DNA of 64,000 nt from a virus (IMGVR_UViG_3300005544_000005:5204-69203); one strand, 5' to 3'. Numbered from the stretch's first letter, positions 38,799-47,812 are shown. Numbers and translations are program-made. The notes: generated by a model from the letters alone, not told the origin.

Positions 38799-38818
38799 TT
38801 ATAAGGAGATTAAAACCC

Positions 38819-39160
38819 ATGCCACAGTCACACCCTGTCTCAAACCCGACCCCATTCCGGCTGTTAAACGAGATCGAGTGCAATGCTATCCTACAGTGGG
38901 TCGACCGAGACAATAACTTTCCATATGAATACTTCAAAGACACTTGGTTAGACGAGATTTATGTTTCATACCGCCGCCATCGCGGCAATTTCACCATCTG
39001 CACGTTATCTCTCACCTATTCACATCCAACTCGCGGCCTGTCTCACGAAATACGTACCGGTGCGTCGCGCCGCCACGACAAGGATTCGCCTAATCCACTC
39101 CGCGGGGAATTGGAATCGCTCCACCGCGCTATCACAGCGAAACCTATTACACTGCCGTAA
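38819..39160 (+). CDS. Hypothetical protein
   Basis: AAGGAG SD. Confidence 0.55.
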   Translation: MPQSHPVSNPTPFRLLNEIECNAILQWVDRDNNFPYEYFKDTWLDEIYVSYRRHRGNFTICTLSLTYSHPTRGLSHEIRTGASRRHDKDSPNPLRGELESLHRAITAKPITLP

Positions 39161-39180
39161 AGATATGCGAGGTACACGTC

Positions 39181-39414
39181 ATGAAGGTCTGTGAAATCAT
39201 ACCGTACTCGACGGAGCCTAAAGTCGTAGAAGCGACTATTAGAACGATAAGATCTTTGTCGACGACGACGGAGACACATGTTGAGGTACGTAAAGGAGTT
39301 TTATATGTCATAGGCGGCGACCCGTACTACATACAATTCGCCTGTGAAAGTCAGGGATACGCCGAATCTGCCAAAGTGATAGAGTGGGATCACACAAAAG
39401 GAGCGCCACTATGA
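39181..39414 (+). CDS. Hypothetical protein
   Basis: GAGG SD. Confidence 0.55.
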   Translation: MKVCEIIPYSTEPKVVEATIRTIRSLSTTTETHVEVRKGVLYVIGGDPYYIQFACESQGYAESAKVIEWDHTKGAPL

Positions 39415-39803
39415 TAACCAAAGACGAACGCCGATACGACTTAGCCAAAATGTTCGCCGCCGAATTCCTCCATATGGTCACACCTGGCACTGAGATACAG
39501 GAGTCTGATCTAGCTAAGGTACTTGCTAAGGAATCCGTGATCTACGCGGATGCCTTAATCGAGGCACTAGAAATGGAACCTACGACACCAACAATACAGG
39601 AGACGACACCGCTGCCAGTGGCCGCTATACTCGCTGACGTCTCTGTCGTACTAGACGGGTTCGAAAAAGGTATATTCATACGTGATACTTCACACGACAA
39701 TGAACTAGGTTGGACCATTAACCTATTACCGTATATCGTCGCCATGGCTAGGCTGTTTGATGCCGTAGATAACAACATACAAATAAAGAAAGTAGAGCCA
39801 TGA
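39411..39803 (+). CDS. Hypothetical protein
   Basis: AAGGAG SD; ATGA overlap. Confidence 0.6.
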   Translation: MITKDERRYDLAKMFAAEFLHMVTPGTEIQESDLAKVLAKESVIYADALIEALEMEPTTPTIQETTPLPVAAILADVSVVLDGFEKGIFIRDTSHDNELGWTINLLPYIVAMARLFDAVDNNIQIKKVEP

Positions 39804-40168
39804 CGCCATTTGAGCTGTGGCTGGCAGGTAAAGGCCCGGAGCCTACAATCTATGCGCCGGATACCAGTATGGGTGACTATGTGGAAGACGTATCAGGTAA
39901 CCTAACACGTCGTCCGTGGAAGTGGCGCAGTCGCATACACCGGCACTATGCCAAGCCTTATGAGCTGGGGGCGCTAAGCGAGGCTCGTGATTATGCCGCG
40001 GCCGCTGAAGAACAGCGTACAGCACTAGCACAAGCGATAGCTGCGCTCCCCAACATATGCGAAAGGCGCCCGCTACCAGACGAGTTTCGTTGTTTCATAT
40101 GTAGCACAGAGTGTGCTACGAAAACGGACAGCGGCTTAGCGGTTTGCGAAGAACATTGCCCTGATTAA
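39800..40168 (+). CDS. Hypothetical protein with C-terminal Cys motif
   Basis: CFIC...CEEHC. Confidence 0.55.
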   Translation: MTPFELWLAGKGPEPTIYAPDTSMGDYVEDVSGNLTRRPWKWRSRIHRHYAKPYELGALSEARDYAAAAEEQRTALAQAIAALPNICERRPLPDEFRCFICSTECATKTDSGLAVCEEHCPD

Positions 40169-40657
40169 TCTGCTTTCAACGGACGCGATAATGCCAACCC
40201 GTTCGCATTCTCGCCCCACTCTCGCCATGTCCCCGCCTAACTTATTCCTTATCCAGTACCAGACAGAATACCCTACTCCATCTTCACAGCGATTGCCAAT
40301 GTACTCTCTCACGTCCTGTTCTCGTCGGATTACCGCCTGTTGCGGCTTACTTATGCCTTATCGAGTGAATCGTCACGTGCGCTATCTCTTAGCGAATCGT
40401 AAGCGCGGCGGGCGGGAATAGGGCGATTTACGCCTTACTTACTTCGAACCATAGCTGAAGACTCATAACTACTGCGGTAGTAGGACAGACAGACTATAGG
40501 GTTAGCTGTCTTCTACTTAAACATGGTTTCCGCGCCGCACTTACGACTTATCGAGCTGTCTATCGAATGCTGCTAACAAGGCGTAAGTGGGCGGGCTGAG
40601 ATAGGGGCGTAAGTTGTAAGGGTTACACGGCGGTGACGAAGGGACGGGGGGGTGGCT

Positions 40658-40727
40658 TTACGCCCCACTTTCATTTGTAAAGCCTTAAGCCAGAGTATTG
40701 ACAGGGGTTATAGACCAGCGGTATAGT
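40658..40727 (+). promoter_or_regulatory. sigma70-like promoter with conserved motif
   Basis: TTACGCCCCACTTTCATTTGTAAAGCCTT; TTGACA-18-TATAGT. Confidence 0.85.
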
Positions 40728-40758
40728 CCTTACTAGAGACAAAGGAGACCAAACCCAA

Positions 40759-40968
40759 ATGGAGACCAAACCCAAATGGACTACCGCGACGACCACGATA
40801 ACAGCCAAACTCAATAACGGCAAAACCGTAGTCGCTAAGCCTGATGGATCGGCTAAGCAATACCGCTCATGGACTGCTGCATGGAAAGCCTGCTGCAAGC
40901 TGGATATCGGTACGCAGATCTGGCAGTCACCTATGTCGCGCGTGTTTTATGTGGTAGTGTTGAGTTAA
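40759..40968 (+). CDS. Hypothetical protein
   Basis: AAAGGAG SD. Confidence 0.6.
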   Translation: METKPKWTTATTTITAKLNNGKTVVAKPDGSAKQYRSWTAAWKACCKLDIGTQIWQSPMSRVFYVVVLS

Positions 40969-41092
40969 GACACAGTGGGCTATAGGCTCCAGGCGTGATA
41001 TAGAGGGCGGGTTGCCTAGGTGTCGTCTTTGCGAACAGCGAGAAAGAGGCTATTTATCAAATCGTTCTTGCTCCGGTCGCTAAGGTGGGGTA

Positions 41093-41121
41093 TTGACAGG
41101 GGCTATAGACCCGGGTATAGT
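41093..41121 (+). promoter_or_regulatory. sigma70-like promoter
   Basis: TTGACA-17-TATAGT; spacer similar to the 40698 promoter. Confidence 0.8.
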
Positions 41122-41165
41122 CGTCTGTATTGAAGGCTCGCTATAGGGTCAAAAGGAGAGACTCA

Positions 41166-41273
41166 ATGGACTACGAAGCTGATTACGAACCGACTGAGGA
41201 AGATTACAAGGATTGGGTGCAATGCTTAGCCGACCGTGATGCAGAAGAGCAGGTGGACGAGGTGCAACCGTGA
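41166..41273 (+). CDS. 35-aa acidic peptide coupled to helicase
   Basis: AAAGGAG SD; MDYEADYEPTEENYKDWVQCLADRDAEEQVDEVQP; GTGA overlap. Confidence 0.55.
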   Translation: MDYEADYEPTEEDYKDWVQCLADRDAEEQVDEVQP

Positions 41274-42802
41274 GCGCCATAACGACGGCGATGACGGCAG
41301 ACCAGGCACTCAAACCTACGGCGCAACAAGCGGCGTTTTTCTTCGCCTTAACCGATACAGAAGACAATATCCTACTGCGCGCGCGTGCAGGCACCGGTAA
41401 GACCTCTGCTATCCTCATGGGCGTTGACGCATACGTTGACCGTTTCCCGTCGCATGAAATCCTTGTTTTAGCCTACAACAAAGCCATCGCAGACGAGGTG
41501 TCCGGCAAGCTCAAGCATCGCGGGCACACGGATTGGCATAGGGTCCAAGCATGTACGCTTCACTCTTTGGGATTCGGGCTATTGCGGTTCGCGTTTGGCT
41601 CCAAAGTGGACGACCAAAAGGTGCGCAATATCATCTGTGCGCATGAAGAGGTCGAGTATACCAACTACGCCGCCCAAATATCGTCGCTAGTCCGGTACGC
41701 TAAACAGGCCGGTGTGGGATTCTTTCCGGACGCACAGATAGGCGATCCGCGCGTGTGGTACGATCTCGCCGACCATTTCGACGTTAACGGGTTCGATGAT
41801 ACGACCGAGTCAGACGTAGTAGTATCGTGCGCGCAAGTGGTCTATCGCGAGTCATTAGCGGCTACCGCTACTGTCGATTTCGATGATATGATCTTAATGC
41901 CGCTGGTTAAATCGCTCCGTGTCAAATTCACAAAAGACCTTATTTTCCTAGACGAGGCGCAGGACCTCTCACGCGCACGCCAAGCTCTCGCCCGCAAATT
42001 CATGCGCACGGGTACCGGCCGGATGGCTATTGTAGGCGACGACTGTCAAGCGATATATGGTTTCTCTGGTGCGGATGCCGCTGCTCTAAACAACCTCGCT
42101 ACTGCTCTAGCCGCAAAGTCTATGCCGCTGTCCGTGACGTGGCGTTGCCCCAAAACCGTCGTCAAGCTGGCACAGCGTCTAGTGGCTGATCTAGAGGCCG
42201 CACCAGATGCACCGGAGGGGGCCGTCCTTAGCGTCGAGTCGCTGCCTGCCGACCTCACCCCCGGCCGTGATGCTATCCTATGTCGCAACACGGCGCCCTT
42301 AATCGACCTCGCCTATAAGCTCATTCGTGAGGGTAAGCCGGCCAAAGTTGAAGGCCGCGCGATAGGCGACGGTCTGATAGCACTAGCGGCCCGTTGGAAG
42401 GTACGTACGACGGCGGCACTCATCAATAAGTTAGATGATTACTTGGCGCGTGAGACCCAGAAAGCACAAGCTAAAGGTAACGAACAAAAGGCCGCAGACG
42501 TCACCGATCGTGTGGAGACGCTGCTACAGATCGTCGCTGAAGCTAATCGTAAGGGGCTGCACACTGTCGATGCTGTCGTGGCCCACATACAGGCGCTATT
42601 CTCAGACGGCGACAACAACGTTATTACCTTAGCGACGTATCACCGCTCTAAAGGCCGTGAGTGGGACCGCGTATGTCTTTGGGAGCACACGGGGCGTTGC
42701 CCGTCACGTGCGGCACGTCAACAGTGGCAACAGGAGCAGGAGCGGAATCTGGCTTATGTGGCGATGACGAGGGCGAAAGGTACGTTAGTTTTCGTAGGGT
42801 AG
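41270..42802 (+). CDS. UvrD/Rep-like SF1 helicase
   Basis: ARAGTGKTS, LAYNK, FLDEAQD, VGDDCQAIYGFSGA, TYHRSKGREW, YVAMTRAK. Confidence 0.9.
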   Translation: MSAITTAMTADQALKPTAQQAAFFFALTDTEDNILLRARAGTGKTSAILMGVDAYVDRFPSHEILVLAYNKAIADEVSGKLKHRGHTDWHRVQACTLHSLGFGLLRFAFGSKVDDQKVRNIICAHEEVEYTNYAAQISSLVRYAKQAGVGFFPDAQIGDPRVWYDLADHFDVNGFDDTTESDVVVSCAQVVYRESLAATATVDFDDMILMPLVKSLRVKFTKDLIFLDEAQDLSRARQALARKFMRTGTGRMAIVGDDCQAIYGFSGADAAALNNLATALAAKSMPLSVTWRCPKTVVKLAQRLVADLEAAPDAPEGAVLSVESLPADLTPGRDAILCRNTAPLIDLAYKLIREGKPAKVEGRAIGDGLIALAARWKVRTTAALINKLDDYLARETQKAQAKGNEQKAADVTDRVETLLQIVAEANRKGLHTVDAVVAHIQALFSDGDNNVITLATYHRSKGREWDRVCLWEHTGRCPSRAARQQWQQEQERNLAYVAMTRAKGTLVFVG

Positions 42803-42868
42803 GTAACCTTGACTAAGCGGCGTGGGAAAGGTCCCGCGTTCGCTATCTTAAAAGAAAGGTGTAGCTTT

Positions 42869-43153
42869 ATGGCAAAGATTCGTTTCGTATTAACGGCCGC
42901 CGTTCTGTCGCTCTTTGTGCTCGGTTTGTCGTCCACGGCGCACGCCAACTGGTATGACAACTGGTATTGCAGGGTGATCTCGGAGAACTGTCTCTCCTGT
43001 TGTATTCATAACGAGGAATCCTGTGAAGGTGCAGCGGCAAACCAGACGCAGAAGGACGCGTGCGTCGATTCCGAAGGTACGTGTCTTGCGAGCTGTCCGA
43101 CTGAGGGCGGTAGTAGGTGCGTGCCTGGCGTTGATCCGGGTTGCGGCGGCTAG
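42869..43153 (+). CDS. Secreted 10-Cys miniprotein
   Basis: Signal MAKIRFVLTAAVLSLFVLGLSSTAHA; 10 Cys in mature part; GAAAGG SD. Confidence 0.7.
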   Translation: MAKIRFVLTAAVLSLFVLGLSSTAHANWYDNWYCRVISENCLSCCIHNEESCEGAAANQTQKDACVDSEGTCLASCPTEGGSRCVPGVDPGCGG

Positions 43154-43157
43154 ATAT

Positions 43158-43198
43158 AGGGGTTGCTGCCGGGGCGATTTGTCCCGGCAGCAACCCCT
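43158..43198. terminator. 16-bp hairpin, terminator-like
   Basis: AGGGGTTGCTGCCGGG-loop-CCCGGCAGCAACCCCT. Confidence 0.7.
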
Positions 43199-43275
43199 TG
43201 GTCCGGTGGAACTAACGGCTATCGGTTGTGGTCGAGGTGTCTCACCGAAACCGCTACAAGAGGGGTAAAGGTAAA

Positions 43276-43468
43276 ATGATAGGCGACCGTATTGGTGTAC
43301 CTACACATCTATTAGAGGGCGGTACCCGTGAGCAACATTATGTCTTACGCGTCGTTGGCGATTCGATGGCGTGATATGGTACGGTTGCAGTCGTGTTCTA
43401 GCAGCATTCCCGTAGTTTTCAGGTATAAAGTGGAGAGTGTTAAAACTCAAGGCGTCGTCGGATTGTAA
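43276..43468 (+). pseudogene. LexA/S24 peptidase remnant with internal deletion
   Basis: 43276-43374 IGVPTHLLEGGTREQHYVLRVVGDSMA*; 43376-43468 MVRLQSCSS...KTQGVVGL*. Confidence 0.65.
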
Positions 43469-43501
43469 GTTTACACGTGGGACTGTAATAGAGGCAGATA
43501 A

Positions 43502-43969
43502 ATGAGACTCACTAATACAACCGATATCCACAATGATATTATCCGTGAGGTACTACGATTCGTACGCCCGCCCGGCATAAGCAATTTCGACGTGCGCGTT
43601 TCGAATACCGCTCGCGGAATCGCTGGCACCGCTTACACTAAGGGTTCCAGCTACCACGATCGCGCATGTCCTTTTGTGGTGCTGAGGATCGGTAAAACAG
43701 GGTGGCCATCTGGCGAATTGCCCCCCCATCGCCCGGGCTATAGGGGCGTACCGTCTCTAGCGAATAAAGTGGAAGCGCTGGTGTTTTTGGCAGCGCACGA
43801 ACTCCGGCATCTGTGGCAAGCGAGGGGGGTACGACGGGGTAGAGCGAAGGGATCGAGGGGCAGCGGAATGAGTGAATGGGACGCGGATACTTACGCATAT
43901 GAAAAACTTGCCGAATGGAGAGCGGCGACTACCACATCACCTCTGTCCTTACCCCATCTACTCAAGTAG
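43502..43969 (+). CDS. HExxH metallopeptidase-like protein (SprT-like)
   Basis: AAHELRHLWQ...EWDADTYA. Confidence 0.7.
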   Translation: MRLTNTTDIHNDIIREVLRFVRPPGISNFDVRVSNTARGIAGTAYTKGSSYHDRACPFVVLRIGKTGWPSGELPPHRPGYRGVPSLANKVEALVFLAAHELRHLWQARGVRRGRAKGSRGSGMSEWDADTYAYEKLAEWRAATTTSPLSLPHLLK

Positions 43970-44103
43970 TAGAATAGCAAATATTTGAAGGCAAGAGACA
44001 AATTGCGCTATCTCCGCGTGTCCGGCACAGCACAGTATAAAATATATAACCCAGATAACGAAAGTAAAAACAAATGCGCGCTTTAGGTCCTTGTGTCTAG
44101 TGT

Positions 44104-45621
44104 CTACCACATCACCCCCGCCCTTATCCCGCTAATACCCAGCGTCAATTCATTATAAGCGATTGCGCTGGCGTCAACCCATTCGTCCTCGTCTTCGTCA
44201 TCGCCTACAAAGTCGCACATTAGATCTATATATCTAGCGTTCCAAGGACCTCTCACTATCGCCACATTCCCGGCTTCACACTCGGCCCGGAAAGCACTCG
44301 ATTTCGTGACCTTATCGACCATGGCCACAGTCCACATATAATCCCATCCGGCGAATGATCGCTTCCGACTCTGTACCACAGCGTCTCCGCTGGCCCCTGG
44401 CTCTCTCTCTTCTCGAATGGCACACGCCCGGCCGTCTAGTTCTGCCAATTGATGCATCATCATATCGACACCAAGATCCGTCAACCGCTCGTCCTCGTCT
44501 CGAAAAGCGTCTTCGATATAGAATCGCGGGCTAGCTTTCGGATCGATTGTCATAGCTATCTTGACACTGCCTGTGTGGTCTTTCGCTTTACCTGTCGCAG
44601 TGTCCCACCCTCTTACTCTACGCACCCGATACGGTACTTGATTGGCATCCACAAATTGCTGGAAATACTTCCGTTTGAATAGTCCGCCGGCCAGTGGAAT
44701 AGGGTGCTGTTGTAGTTGCGCGGCAGACCCGTACGGACCTAGCTCTATCTCTAATTCGCGCACCTTTTTCTCATTAAATACACCGGGAAATAATAGCTCG
44801 CCCTCTACCGTTCGCCAGTCGTGCTTATCCGGTGTAATAATTCGTACCTTATCTGGATCGGTCGGGTCTGCCCTTGCCGGCTCGAATCGCATAGGTAGGA
44901 CTAATCGTTCCCACCCACCTTTGCCCATTAAATGGCCACTTGGATCATCCTTATGCAGCCTCTGTCCGACATTCAATACAACCGGGTTTAACCTTTGTCT
45001 TGTAGGCAGCGTGAAGTCTAGGAACCCATGCACCTTCTCACGCGCCTTTTTCGATCTCGCTTCCTGCGCTTTCAACAAGTCGTCTAGGATAATCCTATTC
45101 GGATGTTCGCCGGTTATCGCCCCACCCACCGATGACGCTATCCTATACCCGCCGGCGGAATTCATGAACTTTTCAAGCGCATTCGTCCCACGTGCCAATC
45201 TCACGTCTAGGCTATCCCACCCGGCCGATTCCCTCGCCGATTTAATCCAAAATGATTCTCTATACCAGTCGGATTGGACTATCGCGCGTGAACAGGTATT
45301 ATCCCGGATAGTATTGTCCGGTGCGTACGCCACGGAGATGTAGCGATATTGTGGCCGCTTAATCCATTCCCAGCACGGCCAGAAGACGTTAATGATCGAT
45401 GACTTGCCACAGCCTGGTGGGATGTTGATATCCCACTTGCGAGGGAGTTCTCCGGCCGATATGGACATTAATAGATCGCATAATACGTCTAGATGGCGAC
45501 CCCATTCGAGCTTGCGTCCTTGCGAGTAAGGGTAATACTCCCAGGCGCCGCGAATGAAATCGGGTAGCGAGTCCGCATACAGTGACGTGCGGAGGGAGGA
45601 TAGGGAGAGGGAAACGCTCAT
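44104..45621 (-). CDS. terL: Terminase large subunit
   Basis: NIPPGCGKSS, ILDDLL, QRLHKDDPSG, YSAAQLQQHP-like segment, RGWD, DEWVDA. Confidence 0.9.
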   Translation of the reverse strand: MSVSLSLSSLRTSLYADSLPDFIRGAWEYYPYSQGRKLEWGRHLDVLCDLLMSISAGELPRKWDINIPPGCGKSSIINVFWPCWEWIKRPQYRYISVAYAPDNTIRDNTCSRAIVQSDWYRESFWIKSARESAGWDSLDVRLARGTNALEKFMNSAGGYRIASSVGGAITGEHPNRIILDDLLKAQEARSKKAREKVHGFLDFTLPTRQRLNPVVLNVGQRLHKDDPSGHLMGKGGWERLVLPMRFEPARADPTDPDKVRIITPDKHDWRTVEGELLFPGVFNEKKVRELEIELGPYGSAAQLQQHPIPLAGGLFKRKYFQQFVDANQVPYRVRRVRGWDTATGKAKDHTGSVKIAMTIDPKASPRFYIEDAFRDEDERLTDLGVDMMMHQLAELDGRACAIREEREPGASGDAVVQSRKRSFAGWDYMWTVAMVDKVTKSSAFRAECEAGNVAIVRGPWNARYIDLMCDFVGDDEDEDEWVDASAIAYNELTLGISGIRAGVMW

Positions 45622-45660
45622 CTCTTTAAATTCATCTAGGTTCGTCTAAATGGGCGGCTT

Positions 45661-45900
45661 TTAAGAATAATGGGTGGAGTCTATCTTTAGATTTACGTCC
45701 GTCCCATAGTACGATAACCGATCTAGCGGGCCCCATACCGCATCCGGTCGCTTATCTGGAGATTTGCCACGCCCTACGACAGTGCCGCAACGTGATTTGT
45801 CGGTGCGCTTGAAAAATGACGGTTGACGGCTAGCAAATTCGGATAGTATAACACGGTCGCCTAATTTGAATTCATTCATGATTTTAGCTATATCAGACAT
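45661..45900 (-). CDS. Hypothetical protein
   Basis: FKLGDRV start; overlaps upstream gene. Confidence 0.5.
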   Translation of the reverse strand: MSDIAKIMNEFKLGDRVILSEFASRQPSFFKRTDKSRCGTVVGRGKSPDKRPDAVWGPLDRLSYYGTDVNLKIDSTHYS

Positions 45901-46267
45901 AATACACCTTTATCCCCTTCTTTATCGCCCGCTTAATACAGTCCTCTGTTCCGGTTCCGCCCGGGAACGCAATCCACCCCACTGCTCGCGGTTCTTTCCT
46001 AATCATTCTCCCGTTACGATTATTGCCAGCACAGTGCCAGCTAGGACCATCAATATTAATATCTATCGGGACAGGATCTAGCATGAAGCCATGATCTCTA
46101 GCGTATTCAGACGCTTTGGTATCTACACCTCTGGCGGCACCATGGCGGATAGTATTAGCGTTTAACGATTCGGCGATTGATATAAATGCACGTAATTCAT
46201 CCTCGCTTGGTCGATAGTCACGACCGCCTGTAATGCCTATTACGACAGGAGTAATTGACGTGCTCAT
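45893..46267 (-). CDS. SLOG-superfamily (DUF2493/YspA-like) protein
   Basis: IGITGGRDY, HGAARGVD, AGNNRNGRM, IAFPGGTGT. Confidence 0.8.
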   Translation of the reverse strand: MSTSITPVVIGITGGRDYRPSEDELRAFISIAESLNANTIRHGAARGVDTKASEYARDHGFMLDPVPIDINIDGPSWHCAGNNRNGRMIRKEPRAVGWIAFPGGTGTEDCIKRAIKKGIKVYYV

Positions 46268-46445
46268 CTGTAGTCGTCCCACGCTATACCGCGGCGGTGG
46301 CGTTCGTTATGAATCTCGCGGCGTGAGTATAAATCATAATCGTTATCCAACCGGTCTAATGCCCATTTCGGTTTGTTAGGCGGAGTGGGATCTGGCGGCG
46401 GATCGTTTGAGATATTACGTTTGGGTGATTTACGTTTGCTCATTT

Positions 46446-46763
46446 CTATATCACTACTCTTTCAATCGTCACACCTAATTTCTCTGCTATTCTGGCGCAC
46501 GTTGCACATGGATCGATTGGCAACAACTCACCGCAACTCCCCACCCTAACTATTACTATTCTCGTTAGCGACCGCGGCAACCTACGCATTAACACTTCCT
46601 CGGCGTGATAGCCGCGCATGGGTAGACGGGGAGAGTTAACGGCGATTCCGATTATACGACCGCGATAATCAATGCCGGCGGCAGCGACTCGATAACGGCA
46701 CGAGGTGACACGTAGAGCCGCGCGGATCATGCGCGCGTGGAGAATGGAGGGGTGGGATTTCAT
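46446..46763 (-). CDS. Zn-dependent cytidine-deaminase-fold protein
   Basis: VAAAGID, HAEE, PCATC. Confidence 0.8.
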   Translation of the reverse strand: MKSHPSILHARMIRAALRVTSCRYRVAAAGIDYRGRIIGIAVNSPRLPMRGYHAEEVLMRRLPRSLTRIVIVRVGSCGELLPIDPCATCARIAEKLGVTIERVVI

Positions 46764-46949
46764 CGCCCTATGGTATCTTACTAGAACAACTTATAGAGAT
46801 CTTTACTACGATCCGATATGGTACATTGAATCGCTCGCACAACATGCGTATCACACGCTTGCTAAGTTCTCCGCGCACTAATTGCGGAAGGTAGCCATAA
46901 CGTTCGATATGATCGAAGAATTCAAGCACTGAATCTATAGTACTCGCCA

Positions 46950-47219
46950 TTACGACGACTCCTTTTCCTGTATAGCAGCACCGAGCGATTGAAGCCACGG
47001 CACAACCTTACCGTGGAAACAGTCGGTACACAGATCCACTCTATAGGTCGTGACGCTGTGACCTTCCGGCCATTCATCGCCTTCACGGAATTCGATATAG
47101 CCCTCATCAATACTACAGCCGTATCTAGTGATTTCACTTTCGCAAATGTCGCACGTTTTCCATGTACGAACAACAGTGACGACTTCTTTAGTTTCTTTTT
47201 TGGTTTCTTGACGATTCAT
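46950..47219 (-). CDS. Zinc-finger-like hypothetical protein
   Basis: CDIC...DLCTDC; AAGGAG SD. Confidence 0.6.
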   Translation of the reverse strand: MNRQETKKETKEVVTVVRTWKTCDICESEITRYGCSIDEGYIEFREGDEWPEGHSVTTYRVDLCTDCFHGKVVPWLQSLGAAIQEKESS

Positions 47220-47481
47220 TTGACGTATCTCCTTCTTTAAATCCGTGTTTGGCGCAGGCGGAAACGGTGGGTGTAGGGGTACGGCGTATAACCTCTTTTA
47301 TATTCAAATAATAATTAAATTTATCCACTCTCGCACTGTGCGACCGTTGCATGTTCCGTCCTAGCCATATCTGTCCGTGTATTAGTCCGCTGCGTCTCTG
47401 TTTCTCGGTCGGTTTGCGGCAAACTTCACCGACAGGCGCAGAACATAATGGGCAAACTATTGTGAGACATTTAGATGGCAT
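47188..47481 (-). CDS. Zinc-finger-like hypothetical protein
   Basis: CPLCSAPVGEVC...HSAR. Confidence 0.55.
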   Translation of the reverse strand: MPSKCLTIVCPLCSAPVGEVCRKPTEKQRRSGLIHGQIWLGRNMQRSHSARVDKFNYYLNIKEVIRRTPTPTVSACAKHGFKEGDTSNESSRNQKRN

Positions 47482-47486
47482 TTGGC

Positions 47487-47774
47487 TTACTCCGTCCTCT
47501 TAACTTTTCCCGTCAACCCAGGTGCGTACCTTTCCCCTCTCGCTCTCCACCGCGGCAGTAACGCTATCAAACTCCCATTCCCGCCTGTGCAATCCCAGCA
47601 CTCTCTATTGTCGTGTGGGAGGTATCCTATTCCCGGTGACGGCGCCGGCTCGTTAAGGTCGCGCCAGTCCCAAGTAGGGCGGTCGCGGGAGAGGTAGAAC
47701 AGACAGGTGATGATCATCGAGGCTATGACTAACGCGAATACGGCTAGGCCTATTATTAGATCCAGTGTCTCCAT
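47487..47774 (-). CDS. Small membrane protein
   Basis: N-terminal TM; GGGGAG SD. Confidence 0.55.
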   Translation of the reverse strand: METLDLIIGLAVFALVIASMIITCLFYLSRDRPTWDWRDLNEPAPSPGIGYLPHDNRECWDCTGGNGSLIALLPRWRARGERYAPGLTGKVKRTE

Positions 47775-47812
47775 GTTTACTCTCCCCTTTCCGTACCGGT
47801 ACTACTCCCTTT

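Noticed and set aside
34672-40686. Repeated 30-bp motif as a CRISPR array
   Set aside because: Copies are hundreds to thousands of bp apart, precede promoters and genes, and no cas genes are present
44642-45343. Long shadow ORFs (also 32718-33290, 22848-23454, 13078-13521, 23482-23910)
   Set aside because: They overlap well-supported genes on the opposite strand and have no motifs
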